Shown here one piece after another: positions 11,848-24,500 of a stretch of DNA of 36,835 nt (positions within the stretch are counted from its first letter, which is position 1; every line of letters begins with the position of its first letter). The notes under the pieces are model-generated. The model was not told where the DNA came from, did not search any database, and saw only the letters and a program-made list of their open reading frames with translations. A program made the position numbers and the translations under genes. The stretch lies in contig NC_068995.1 of NCBI RefSeq assembly GCF_001194135.2, positions 21,184,369 to 21,221,203 of the forward strand. The letters run 5' to 3'. The DNA comes from Octopus bimaculoides (taxonomy: Eukaryota).

Positions 11848-12035
11848 GTCAGGTATTTACCATTGACAGGGCCAAACAGGGGTGAAATCACATCATCTGG
11901 TAGTCCTGGCAGCGGACGTGGCGTTGATCGTCTGCCACTAGCGATGTAATCAATGAAGTGCATTACGAACCACATGAGAGTCTCTCTCGTGGGAAATAAC
12001 GCTGTATTGTGTATTTTAACGCAACAGATGACTAA
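11847..12035 (-). mobile_element. Second copy of the left arm of the 10587-11075 repeat
   Basis: Reverse complement of about 10610-10797 at roughly 85% identity by eye. Confidence 0.85.
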
Positions 12036-12090
12036 ATACTCCGGTGCATTTTTACCTACACTGTGTTACGAAGGAACAGCAACAACAACA

Positions 12091-12125
<35 letters not shown>

Positions 12126-13442
12126 CCCTTTTTTAAAACGCCAAATACTGCAATTTTGATATGTTCTGTCATATAGTGACATGGTGCATAAAAATATAGA
12201 CCTATATTATATGAGGCGAGAATCGTTTGTTGGCACCAAAACTGCCAGATCCCGTGTCCTGATCCTAATCGACTGACTCTAGTTGAAGGCATCCAGCAAC
12301 CGCATACCACACACACACACACACATACAGACACACACGTATAATTTTATTAAGCCATCAGGCTTATTAGAAATAATTATTGGTGAAAAAGCAGTATTGA
12401 TGCCAAAAGGCATATATCTAGTGTGTCTTGTTAGAATTCTGCGCTATTAGAATTGAGAGTTCCTGTCATATAAACGGATGGTACATAAGAGCACACACAT
12501 AGATTAGATCATAGCCGACGGGAATCATCTCTCATGGTTGCCGGAACTGTCAGATCATGTAATTTAAGTCTATTGGAATTCTTCAGTGGCAGGTGTGCGG
12601 TGATCGCGGATCTGCCTAATCTCACACCCCAATATATGAAAATTCAGTGTCTTTTCTGTCACTGATGTCCATAATGTTGAAATTAAATGTATTATGTCCC
12701 TGATGTTCTCGATAATGAATAAGTATTTTCAGGACCAAATATTGATGGAGAAGTAGAATTTATCTTTTACTAGTATTCGTCGTATACGATATAGGATATG
12801 CCGGTTAACTAGTAAGCATTTTACTGTTTTGTACAAAGGATATAAGATTTCCTGTTAAGGTACATTCAATGTCCAATATTTTAAGACTGGATCAAAATGC
12901 TTCAAGCAGGGTTCGAAAATCTCAACTAAACTCCAATAATTCAATATATACAATTGTGACTCTTTGTGGCAATTCAATAAATCGATTTTACGAAGTACAA
13001 TGACAATGGCGCGATTGTGACACAGTTTCCGGTTTCGCTTGACGCAGTTCCTCTCCTGTTGCGACAGTAAAGTCATTGCCTATCATATGAAGTTCATGAT
13101 ATTCCATTTCCTACATTATTTAAAATATGACCTCATCAGACTGGAACGAAGCAGCAAAAATTATGCTTAGGTAAGCGAAGTGTGTGGAGATAACGAAATT
13201 GGAGAATAGATAAACTTAATCATTATAATGCTCTCCTTACAAAACCAGCGCGAATTGCACCGGTATATCTTACGCGATTTCAGGGGAATATATAACACAA
13301 TGTAAATCCAGTCGATAACGTATACACTCACATATATAACATAAGTATGCTGACGATATTTTTCATTCCCATAAGTACCTCATGCTAAATATCAAAAGTT
13401 ATTAAGGCTAAGAGAATCAAAACAAAAGAGAAAACATAGAGA

Positions 13443-13475
<33 letters not shown>

Positions 13476-13706
13476 CNNNNNNNNNNNNNNNNNNNNNNNN
13501 NNNNNNNNNNNNNNNNNNNNNNNNNNNNNNNNNNNNNNNNNNNNNNNNNNNNNNNNNNNNNNNNNNNNNNNNNNNNTATATATGAAACACTGCTCATTAC
13601 ACAAGTCATTGCAAAGCTGAGTTCTATTGTATAGTGTTGCGGGCAGCTTGTTCCAAGAACGATATCCATATCCATATAAATAAATATGAATATATATATG
13701 AATGTG

Positions 13707-13748
<42 letters not shown>

Positions 13749-13762
13749 TATATTATACATAC

Positions 13763-13799
<37 letters not shown>

Positions 13800-13959
13800 A
13801 GAGGTCGGTAAAGCTTCGATTGATATAAATGAGAGCACTACATAACTGTAAAGTAAGATAAAATAGGCTTAAAATAATCCCTGCAAAGTGAATTATTTAA
13901 GTAATAATTTACGTGAAGAAACGAGAAGTCAAACTGACATTACAATTGTTTCCATTAAC

Positions 13960-14143
13960 GGACAATATTTTTATCCCATATCTTTTATCTTTATTCCATA
14001 TCTCATACAAACTTATCCAATTTACGTAATGTTATATAATACATGTCATAAGATATGGGAATATGTACTATATATGGACTACAAAATTATTCAATATTTC
14101 TGCATCGTATGAATTGTATGAGATATGGAATAAAAATATTGCC
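13960..14143. mobile_element. Small MITE-like hairpin
   Basis: Perfect 20-bp inverted repeat 13991-14010/14114-14133, plus outer gacaatattttta/taaaaatattgcc. Confidence 0.55.
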
Positions 14144-14312
14144 CTTTTAAGGAAACAATTATAATGTTTATTTGACTTCTTCATTCTGTATCCCCGCCGA
14201 AGTAGAACAAGCCGCAGATATTTTCACCCCTTCAATACAATCCACAGTCACGTGCCCGTATGCCGAAGGCAAAATAATTTGTAATTCGTCGTAATCCAGG
14301 TGGCGAGCAGTC

Positions 14313-14642
14313 TTTTTATCTTTTTACTTGTTTCGTTTGACTCGGCCTGGTACGTATTGTATCAAACTCTTTTGCCGAACCACTAAGTTACGGGGATGTA
14401 AATACACCATCACCGGTTGTCCAACGAGACAAATAGGGCATCAAGATAACCACACATAGTCATATACGTGATAATATATATACGATAGGCTTCTTTCAGT
14501 TTTCGTCTATGAAATCCACTCACAAATCTTTGGTCGGCCTGCGGTTACAGTAGAAGATATCTGTCCAAGATGCCACGCAGTGGGACTGAGCCCAGAATCA
14601 TGTGGTTGGGAAGCAAGCTTCTTACCTCTCGACTACGCCTGC
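14313..14642 (-). mobile_element. tRNA-derived SINE, family 1 (head with CORE-like ttgggcaagtgtcttc, internal TA tract, 3' domain)
   Basis: ggcttctttcagttttcgtct...aaatccactcacaa...gtgggactgagccc...tgtggttgggaagcaagcttctt; homologous to the other copies in the window. Confidence 0.9.
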
Positions 14643-14725
14643 TTCATAGAAATATGATGTTCTACAAACTGTAACGATAAGTATATCTATCCATATTCTT
14701 GTTCTTGTTGTAAAGATGAGATTCA

Positions 14726-14770
14726 CTTATCCGAAATTCCTGGGACCACGTTTGTTGCGGATTTCGGAGT
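14726..14770 (+). mobile_element. Tigger-like (MER46/Tigger4-type) subterminal fragment
   Basis: cttatccgaaattcctgggacc...cggatttcgga resembles the Tigger4 terminus as I recall it. Confidence 0.4.
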
Positions 14771-15949
14771 AATTTTATATTTATGTTTCTGCAAATCGGG
14801 ACACCTTCGATATTAGACCGACGTCTAAACAGAGTTTCCACTTACATTTCATTATATGGCACATACGAATGCACTGACAGCAACACTATATGAATCTTTA
14901 ATGGTAGTTTCATACATATTATCATCAGAAAGGTATATCAGTGTCTACTTTCTATGTCATATTTTGATTAAAAGGTCACTAATGCATATTGAATTTACGT
15001 CTGACTTCATATCGTTATTTATAAATATTTGCTATAGAACACACAGTAAATACAATGAAAAATTGTCTATTTAGGAGGAGTGAAGATCTGCAATGTCTAT
15101 GTAATACTGTTAGTTTTGTCTATCATGTGTGTATATTACGTGTGTGTACGATCACATCCACCTACATACATAATCATGTATATATATNNNNNNNNNNNNN
15201 NNNNNNNNNNNNNNNNNNNNNNNNNNNNNNNNNNNNNNNNNNNNNNNNNNNNNNNNNNNNNNNNNNNNNNNNNNNNNNNNNNNNNNNNNNNNNNNNNNNN
15301 NNNNNNNNNNNNNNNNNNNNNNNNNNNNNNNNNNNNNNNNNNNNNNNNNNNNNNNNNNNNNNNNNNNNNNNNNNNNNNNNNNNNNNNNNNNNNNNNNNNN
15401 NNNNNNNNNNNNNNNNNNNNNNNNNNNNNNNNNNNNNNNNNNNNNNNNNNNNNNNNNNNNNNNNNNNNNNNNNNNNNNNNNNNNNNNNNNNNNNNNNNNN
15501 NNNNNNNNNNNNNNNNNNNNNNNNNNNNNNNNNNNNNNNNNNNNNNNNNNNNNNNNNNNNNNNNNNNNNNNNNNNNNNNNNNNNNNNNNNNNNNNNNNNN
15601 NNNNNNNNNNNNNNNNNNNNNNNNNNNNNNNNNNNNNNNNNNNNNNNNNNNNNNNNNNNNNNNNNNNNNNNNNNNNNNNNNNNNNNNNNNNNNNNNNNNN
15701 NNNNNNNNNNNNNNNNNNNNNNNNNNNNNNNNNNNNNNNNNNNNNNNNNNNNNNNNNNNNNNNNNNNNNNNNNNNAAAAAACAAGACAGGAAAACAGATA
15801 GAATAGGCTTTACGGCCAGACGAGAAAAATTATGTGTGTATGAACGCTGTGAGGCACGAACTTGAAAGGGACGAAGGTTCGCGTGTTTGCTCGGCGATAG
15901 CCAAGGAAGAAAAGGATTATTGACCGGAAGCATGTGACCATGCCGGTGT

Positions 15950-16170
15950 AAGGGGAAGAGAGAGAGTGGTAAAGGGAGAAACAAAGGGAAGAAGTAGAAG
16001 AATAGGTGAGCAACGAGAGGAAAAGAGAAAGAGAGGAAGTACGAGGGGGAAAAAAGAGATACGTAGTAGTAACAGAGGAAGAATGAGAGGGTAAAGCGAG
16101 ATACGTAGTAGTAAAGAGGGAGAACGAGAGGGGGAAAACATAGAGGAAAAGAAAGAGAAAGAGATAGAAT
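15950..16170. repeat. GA-rich low-complexity tract
   Basis: Nearly pure purines, with repeated gagatacgtagtagtaa. Confidence 0.8.
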
Positions 16171-17422
16171 AGCGTCAGAAGATATAAGTTTACGAAAACT
16201 ACTTACAATTGGAGACGCCGCGTTCAGTCATGTAAAAACAAATAGTAAATGAGTATATGCATATATACGTACAGGTACGTGCATACCGACATCCACCNNN
16301 NNNNNNNTATATATATATATATACACACACAAATTAGGTGTTTACGCGCATATTAGCACTGTATTATTTCTGCCATCAATATTTTCCGTTTATGCAAAAT
16401 TGTGATTTCTTTATCTGTTTTGATATTTTGTTTTCCGAGAAAATCAATGGATATTTCGTTGTTGCCTGGTAAATAAAATGATTTCTTGTCTTACGTGTTG
16501 TTGTAAATATGATTATGAGACACAGGCTCCGCAAACAATCAACAGTAATTACGAAATAAAATAAATTGCTGACTAATCGTACTTTATCACGTGACTGCTA
16601 TTTTTACGACTACACATGCGAACGTTGAAATCAATATGGCAACTTTGTAGTTTACGTCCATATTATTCAAACAGAGAACAAAACATCGTCTGATAGTAAA
16701 GTCTTTTCTGTCGCACACTTTTTATATCGTTAAGTCCTAGCATGTATGTCAGTATATATGCATGTATGTATATATGTATTTATGTCTGTTAATATGTATG
16801 TATACATGCATACATATATGTATGAACATATATATATATATATATGTATGTATCTGTTGTTAATCATTCTATTATGTTATCTGTTTATTCCTATTTGTAA
16901 ATACATGTACGCAAATATATATATTTATCTATGTAAATAAGCATTCTTATATGTACGCATATGTAATGCATATGTATATATATGCATATATATATATATA
17001 NNNNNNNNNNNNNNNNNNNNNNNNNNNNNNNNNNNNNNNNNNNNNNNNNNNNNNNNNNNNNNNNNNNNNNNNNNNNNNNNNNNNNNNNNNNNNNNNNNNN
17101 NNNNNNNNNNNNNNNNNNNNNNNNNNNNNNNNNNNNNNNNNNNNNNNNNNNNNNNNNNNNNNNNNNNNNNNNNNNNNNNNNNNNNNNNNNNNNNNNNNNN
17201 NNNNNNNNNNNNNNNNNNNNNNNNNNNNNNNNNNNNNNNNNNNNNNNNNNNNNNNNNNNNNNNNNNNNNNNNNNNNNNNNNNNNNNNNNNNNNNNNNNNN
17301 NNNNNNNNATATATATGTGTGTGTGTGTGTGTGTGTGTATATACATTTATATTATATGTATGTGTGTATATATATAGACAATATTAAAAATTACCTTTAA
17401 TTCTATAATTATATACTGCTTT

Positions 17423-17512
17423 TTAAGACCAACACATGTTTCAATTGCACCGATTAGTAGTCGGACCAATTGCAACCCAACTATAAAACAATGCAGTCTC
17501 CTCAGGTCTTAA
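17423..17512 (-). ncRNA. Hammerhead-like motif with long stem II
   Basis: Minus strand: ttaagac CTGAGGA gactgcattg [loop] cggtgcaatt GAAA catgtg TT g gtcttaa. Confidence 0.65.
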
Positions 17513-17798
17513 CTTGATATCCTTCGGTATGGCCGTTTAATGATTTTCTTTTATAAACTCTGCATTCTATAATTTAGAGCTGTATGTTGAGTCAGATGCG
17601 AACGATCCTTGTTTGTAGCTCTTATTGGATAATCACTTAAACGATACTAGGTTTTTAAAATGATGGGCTGAAAATGATTATCCAATAAGAACTTGAAATA
17701 GAGATGTTTCGCATCTGACTTAATGGACAACTCTACATTATACAACGCAGAGTTTATAAACGAAAATCCTTAAACGACCATAACGAAGGGTATCAAGA

Positions 17799-17887
17799 TA
17801 AGACTCTGAAGAGATTGCACCGTTATATAGTAGGGTTGTAATTGCAACGGTTAGAAATCGGTGCAATTGAAACATGTGTTTGTCTTA
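17799..17887 (+). ncRNA. Hammerhead-like motif with long stem II
   Basis: taagac t CTGAAGA gattgcaccg [36 nt] cggtgcaatt GAAA catgtg TT t gtctta. Confidence 0.65.
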
Positions 17888-18382
17888 AAAGGCAGTATAT
17901 AATTATAGAATTAAAGGTAATGTTATTGCTGCTGCGTAGTAATTCTTATTTTAAATATTGTCAATATTTATACTCCAGGGAACCTATATGGTTAAGGAAA
18001 TAAATTCAGAATTATCCAAAGGAATATTCCTCTAATTTCTTATTATATAGGGACTTTATTGGATTTACATGTCAACTGTTGAATGAGATATTTTGATTAC
18101 CTGAGAGCAAACTGGTAATCGTTTTGGGGTAATACCTTACTTTCAAGTAATATATATGCGTGTGTGTGCATGTGTGTGTATGTATATATGTATGTATATG
18201 TATGTAAATATAATATATGTATGTGTTTGTATATATATATATATATNNNNNNNNNNNNNNNNNNNNNNNNNNNNNNNNNNNNNNNNNNNNNNNNNNNNNN
18301 NNNNNNNNNNNNNNNNNNNNNNNNNNNNNNNNNNNNNNNNNNNNNNNNNNNNNNNNNNNNNNNNNNNNNNNNNNNNNNNNNN

Positions 18383-18599
18383 AAACGCAGGTGTTATTCA
18401 AATCTCTATACTTCCGACATATGCTTTAACCGAATGTGGTGTAATCACATTCGGTTACAATGGCTTATTGATGTGTTTTGTTTCTTCCCTGACGTGATGA
18501 TTGCATTGCTTTACATAATTTTATTCCCTCAGGAATAATACCAATTTTTTCTTCGACACAAATGACAGAACTATAAAGATTTGAATAACACCTGCTTTT
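18383..18599. mobile_element. MITE, about 215 bp
   Basis: TIRs gcaggtgttattcaaatctctata (18387-18410) and tataaagatttgaataacacctgc (18572-18595), one mismatch; left flank lies in a gap. Confidence 0.75.
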
Positions 18600-18760
18600 T
18601 GACGTGAATATCTCTTTGAGATTCAATGAGAAACAAGGTAACTATGGACAAATGCTCCGTAACCTCAAGCTGTGTGTGTGTGTGCGTGAGTGTGTGCGTG
18701 AGTGTGTGCGTGAGTGTGTGCGCGCGTGTATGTGTATGTGTGCTTGTGTATGTATGTATA

Positions 18761-18910
18761 TACGACGGCTTTCTTTCAGCTTCCGTCTACCAAATCCACT
18801 CACAAGGTTTCGGTCGACCCAAGGTTATTTTAGAAGACACTAGGCAAAGGTTTTACTCAGTGAGACTGAACCCCGAACCATGTGTTTCTTACCCCACAAC
18901 CACAGCTGCA
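18761..18910 (-). mobile_element. SINE family 1 head
   Basis: cgacggctttctttcagcttccgtctaccaaatccactcacaagg...actgaacccc. Confidence 0.85.
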
Positions 18911-19039
18911 CATATGCACACATTTGAATTATGCATTTTGTTTATATGTATGCTGTTAGAGCTGCTTGTAGCTCAAGATTTACTGTATATATGTGTATGT
19001 ATGCATGTGTGTATGTACGTTCTCTTCTATTTTTAGTTA

Positions 19040-19688
19040 TTTAAATTCTTTCTTAGAAGAAGAAGCTGTTTTCTAGGAAAGAAACCAAGCCGCATCGTTG
19101 GAATATTGATAAAAAAAAAGTATCACACTTCAGAAATTGCTGAAAAGTTTTGCATATTCTTACTGTTCTACTTAGAGCATGCATTCGTAATGTGCAAATT
19201 GGTTGATATATTGTTTCTTTCTAAAATCTCCGGCCTTTCGAGATTGTCACACAGGAAATATATTACAAAACGAAATGCACCAAATATTATTAAGATAAAT
19301 ATGAATTTATAATCTGGGTATAGAAGCTTGAGGTTACGGAGCATTTGTCCATAGTTACCTTGTTTCTCATTGAATCTCAAAGAGATATTCACGTCAACTG
19401 AACAGCTGACATTTTCTCGTCTGTCCCAAACAACAGTATCCGGCCTGTTACGTTTACACTTGATAGATGTTTTGATGGGAACATTCTACCAGTATTCCTT
19501 TAGTTGATGTTTGTGTGTGTATTCAATACCAGGGAGATTCTCTATATTTATTCCAGGACAGTGTTCTTATCCGAATCGCATTGTATATTGTTTTGTGCGA
19601 CAACGTCAAGTTGTCTAGGGCGTAAGTACCTTGATGTGATTTTGAGGCAACTGCTAATCACGTGTAACATCATCCACAGAAATATGGC

Positions 19689-19690
<2 letters not shown>
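19040..19690 (-). mobile_element. 3' fragment of a restriction-like-endonuclease non-LTR retrotransposon (R4/Dong-related)
   Basis: Minus-strand remnants: VISSC, LDVVA, KEYW*NVPIKTSIKCKRNRPDTVVWD, DVNISLRFNEKQGNYGQMLRNLKLLYPDYKFIFILIIFGA, RTVRICKTF. Confidence 0.8.
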
Positions 19691-19719
<29 letters not shown>

Positions 19720-20243
19720 TGTATTTATGCATGTATTTATAAGTCTGTGGCCATGAGTTCTTGAACATGTGACTGTGAATTTAGCGATTCCATAATACAC
19801 ATTTCGTATCTTTATTTTCTATAACTTTGTCTTTAAATGGTAGTGTCTAAGTGGAAAAGTTGAAAGTCTTGCCACATCATTGTCCATTGGTCATTGAATC
19901 ATTTCGGTGTTCACGTGAACTGCAGCTAGAAAAACGATCAAACGGTAAACATAAGAAAAAAATAAATAAATAAAACCTATTTTAACCCTCTCCATATTCA
20001 GAAATTGTAGATTTTGGTGTAGGAAATTTTGTTTCACCACGCGACCTTACACTAAGCTTCTCGCGCAATATTCCAACTTACCTAAATGCAATACACACAT
20101 GTAATAAACGCACACACAATCACACAAACATACACACACAATCACACACACATTCACATATTTTATATGTTTTAATACATATACACCCTTATATGTATAT
20201 GTGTGTGTGTGTGTGAGTGCATGTATGTATTTATATATACGAA

Positions 20244-20287
<44 letters not shown>

Positions 20288-20311
20288 CATCATACATACA
20301 TGTATATATAC

Positions 20312-20342
<31 letters not shown>

Positions 20343-20432
20343 TTCATATACATATATGCATATATATGTATATATGTGGATGCGTATATCTACTCACACC
20401 CACATATACACACACACATACACACATACACA

Positions 20433-20491
<59 letters not shown>

Positions 20492-20719
20492 GTATGTATG
20501 CATATACAAATCAATATGATATTGTTCCTATTCATCGAAGTTAAAAAACACCAGCAATCAATATATTGAAACATTTCCCTGTGCATGAAAGGAAATTTTC
20601 TCATCAGCATCACCATCTCTTTCAATAACAGATTAAAACGTCCACTTTTATCAAAATTCAATATTCCATTTCTCTGGCGGTTGTTGTTCATTTTGTCATT
20701 ATTATTAGTATTACCGTTA

Positions 20720-20830
20720 CTATCATCATCATCATCATCGTCGTCGTCGTCATCGTTGTCGTCGACGTTTTCGTCGTCGTCGTCATCATCATCATCCATC
20801 ATCCTCGCCACCGTCGTCATCATTATCTTC
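20720..20830. repeat. (CAT/CGT)n microsatellite
   Basis: Direct reading. Confidence 0.95.
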
Positions 20831-21329
20831 GTCGTCGACATTATGACCACCATTATCGTTACTCTACTTCGACAGGATATATGAATCATAATCTATACAA
20901 CCTATATGCTAGAAGGGTTTCTGAAGCTCACTGATTCTTCAAGTAGGTTGTCCGGAGGATCAAGTGCTAATACGAAATGTCTAGCAGCAATGAAGTATAA
21001 ATGTATTTAACTCTAAACAGGATCTATGTGAACGAAGCTACATATTTTGTCGTTTCGATGTTTTCAGCGTAAATCATATTCAGTTTCTTGAACAATATTT
21101 TCAAATGGAAATTTACTTCTGAATGAAATAATCACTGTTTAATAATATTAAGGCTTACAGTATTTGGTTCAATTGTGTAATCACAGAAAACAGTTGTAAT
21201 TTTTCTTATTTGTTTCTTTCTTTGTTTTTTTTTGTCATGTGGGGTAATACATAATTTCGCGTAATACATTGGCTCCCGCTTTCCATTAGCCACACTTCTT
21301 ATGTTATCTATTTTAATTTGCAGCTTTAT

Positions 21330-21384
21330 GACGCTCATTATCATTATTATTATTATCATTATTATCATCATCATCATCATCATC

Positions 21385-21471
<87 letters not shown>

Positions 21472-21605
21472 NNNNNNNNNNNNNNNNNNNNNNNNNNNNN
21501 NNNNNNNNNNNNNNNNNNNNNNNNNNNNNNNNNNNNNNNNNNNNNNNNNNNNNNNNNNNNNNNNNNNNNNNNNNNNNCATTATTATCATCATCATCATCA
21601 TCATC

Positions 21606-21692
<87 letters not shown>

Positions 21693-21710
21693 TTCATCAT
21701 TATTATTATA
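21330..21710. repeat. Long (CAT)n microsatellite interrupted by an assembly gap
   Basis: Direct reading. Confidence 0.95.
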
Positions 21711-21713
21711 GAT

Positions 21714-21900
21714 GAAGGCACCGATCTGGAAGAGTCGTTAGCATGCCAGACAAAACGCTTAGGGCTGTTTCGTCCACTTTTATGTTCTGATTTCAAATTC
21801 GGCCTAGATCGAATTTGCTTTTCATCTTTTGGGGAGACGATAAAATAAATTCCAATTAAGTGCTAGGGTCGATTGACTTACACCCTCCCCTGAAATTGCT
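21714..21900 (+). mobile_element. tRNA-derived SINE, family 2
   Basis: Box A-like tggaagagtcgttag and box B-like gatttcaaattc, then gcttttcatcttttggggagacgataaaataa...tagggtcgatt. Confidence 0.8.
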
Positions 21901-21939
21901 GCTCTAATTAATGTAGGTACCTAACAAAATGTCAATTTT

Positions 21940-22120
21940 AAATTTTGCTACAAGGCCAACAATTTAAAAAGAATGTAATAGTCGATTACAAGGCACCCAA
22001 TGCTTAACTAATCCCTGTTTTATCGACTCCAAAAGGTTGCAACGTAAAGCTGACCTCGTTGGAATTTGAACTCAGAACGTAAGGTGCCGGAAGAAATGTA
22101 GCTAAGCGTTTTGGATACCT
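21940..22120 (-). mobile_element. tRNA-derived SINE, family 2
   Basis: tttatcgactccaaaagg...gacctcgttggaatttgaactcagaacgt is the reverse complement of the family head. Confidence 0.8.
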
Positions 22121-22565
22121 ACCACGATATCCCAGAGTATTTGGTGCACTTCTGGTTCGGCCATTTTTCGGTCTAAATATCCTAATAATGATTATTCTTA
22201 AAATGTTGAAATATTTTAAGACGTTAGTCAAGAGAATGCAATTTGAAATCCGAAAGCGACGCTACGAATTAATGTGAATCACTTTGTCGTCACTCAAACA
22301 ACAGTTTTGTCGAATAGTCCTGGCATAATTATAATAATTTCTTTATTTCCCATGAAACTGAAGGATGAAAGGGAAACATTACAAGCACAAATTACAAAAG
22401 CTTAAACGAAATCATATGAGATAACACATATTAAATAGAACAGTTAAGATGTAGAGAGTGATTTATACAGTTAACTATTGACAGTCACATTGTCTTAAAT
22501 ACAAAGGATTGTTTCTATTCTAATGTTAGGAAACGGTACCAGAATCGCACCGGCCGCTCCCACAT

Positions 22566-23136
22566 TTACTCTTTTAATCTTTTATTTGTTTCAGTCATTT
22601 GACTGTGACCATCCTGGAGCATCACCTTTAGTCGAGCAAATCGATCCCAGGACTTATTCTTTGTAAGCCTAGTATTTATTCTATCGGTTTCTCTTGCCGA
22701 ACTACTAAGTGACGGGGACGTAAACACACCAGCATCGGTTGTCAAGCGATGTTGGGGAGACAAACACAGACACACAAACACACACACACNNNNNNNNNNN
22801 NNNNNNNNNNNNNNNNNNNNNNNNNNNNNNNNNNNNNNNNNNNNNNNNNNNNNNNNNNNNNNNNNNNNNNNNNNNNNNNNNNNNNNNNNNNNNNNNNNNN
22901 NNNNNNNNNNNNNNNNNNNNNNNNNNNNNNNNNNNNNNNNNNNNNNNNNNNNNNNNNNNNNNNNATATATATATATATATATATATACGACTAGCTTCTT
23001 TCAGTTTCCTTCCACCAAATCCACTCACAAGGTTTTCGTTGGCTATAGTAGAAGACACTTGTCCAAGGTGCCACACAGTGGGACTGAACCCGGAACCATG
23101 TGATTCGTAAGCAAGCTACTTACCAAACAGCCACAC
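22566..23136 (-). mobile_element. Near full-length SINE family 1 with a gap in the internal CA/TA tract
   Basis: 3' domain 22566-22790 and head 22988-23136. Confidence 0.9.
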
Positions 23137-23482
23137 ATTTCCTGACTGACAGCATGTTCATTTCTACAACCACCTTTTATTTGAAGTGATATTTGGAGCG
23201 GTCAATAGCTCTGGTAAAAGTATCATCTAGTCTCATCTGCTGTACAACATATTGCATTTTAGACAACTGGTACTGTTCCCTTGCCTTTAAACTCGTTTCT
23301 TAATGTCTCAGTCATTGTATCATTTCTCTCTCTCATTCTCTCTCTGTACATATAAATACAAGCATATGTATTGATACATGTAATTTTATTTGGAATACTG
23401 GGTATATGTTAATTATTGTGTTGAGTAAAGCACGACCACAGTTTGGGCTCACTGGCACTATCCACGGTTGGGGTATACTTCC

Positions 23483-23540
23483 TCTTGATCCATGTCAGGA
23501 TTTCCGCGGTGTTTCTTGATCTACGTCAGGATTTCCGCGG
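23483..23540. repeat. Two-copy tandem repeat, 31-bp period
   Basis: tcttgatc(c/t)a(t/c)gtcaggatttccgcgg occurs twice. Confidence 0.85.
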
Positions 23541-23910
23541 ATAATAATAATCGATGCAGGAAACGGAAGATAGATTTAGCACTAGCTTTTATTTAGTACA
23601 ACCCATCCTGCAACTCTCTTTATCGGTAGCAGTTTGTGCATCCATCTGTGTAGTTTGTGTCACATCATGTATATAGCATGAAGACACATGTGAACAAAAA
23701 GGCGAACCATGGGCATAAGATAAAATAAGAACAGTAATAAACGAGTGAAGAACGAATATAGATGCATATATATTGACAAATAGGGAGGATTTTCGTTTAT
23801 CTCCACGTGGTAATTTGTAAAGCAGAAAAAATATATATCCGATATAATAGAGGGAAAATGCACACACTTTACCTAGTTTTAATATATCTTTTAATATATT
23901 TTATATTGTG

Positions 23911-23948
23911 TTTCTCGACCAGTTTCACTCTCGCTAATCATGGCATTG
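23911..23948 (-). ncRNA. Degenerate hammerhead-like motif (core CAUGAUUA)
   Basis: Minus strand: aatgc CATGATTA gc gaga gt GAAA ctgg TC gaga; stem I not preserved. Confidence 0.45.
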
Positions 23949-24108
23949 AAATTGTTGTAATTTCGTATTTTCTTAAGATGATTTTAGTCCATGTTGTGAG
24001 TGGAGAAGTTTGTGAATGAATTATACAAGTAGAAAAATATAAGGGGAAGTAATCGGTGACAGTTATTATTGGGGCAGGGGAGGTAATTGTTCATCTTTCG
24101 GAGAGGGG

Positions 24109-24163
<55 letters not shown>

Positions 24164-24251
24164 ACACCAAAAAACACAAGTAGTCAGATGAGATATGTGC
24201 AGTGATGGGTATGTAATCATGAATTAAAATATATAATGAGATCAAAGTTGG

Positions 24252-24500
24252 TCATGCTGTCATATTTAGACTTGTTCTGAAGTTTTCGATGAACAAATTT
24301 TCATAATTTACACGTTCTTGTATATAAATTATTTCTTTGCACTGGTAGATGGAGAAAACTGAAGTTTGGCTGGATATTACCTGCCCATCTTTCTCAACTT
24401 TCACTCAAAGGAATCTGTCTGTATTACGGGAACCGGATCTGTACCTTATGTTGAGTGGTTCTCCGTCTGTCCTATATAGTGATATCCAAAACCTGAGCAA
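24252..24500 (-). pseudogene. GIY-YIG endonuclease C-terminal remnant (PLE)
   Basis: C-x-x-(F for C)...YIGQTE at 24461-24499 and FIENFRTSLN near 24262-24292; frameshifted. Confidence 0.75.

Larger units (their letters stand above)
17377..17962. mobile_element. Foldback element (inverted pseudo-LTR pair)
   Basis: Arms about 17377-17635 and 17675-17962, roughly 80% identical by eye; 39-bp spacer; perfect blocks such as aacacatgtttcaattgcaccgatt/aatcggtgcaattgaaacatgtgtt. Confidence 0.9.

Noticed and set aside
12855-13076. 73-aa minus-strand ORF
   Set aside because: No recognisable motif or splice signals; length expected by chance
13095-13145. CTGATGA on the minus strand
   Set aside because: No pairing stem II or stem III
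15800-15950. GC-richer island with a weak hairpin
   Set aside because: No tRNA boxes and no recognisable protein or RNA motif
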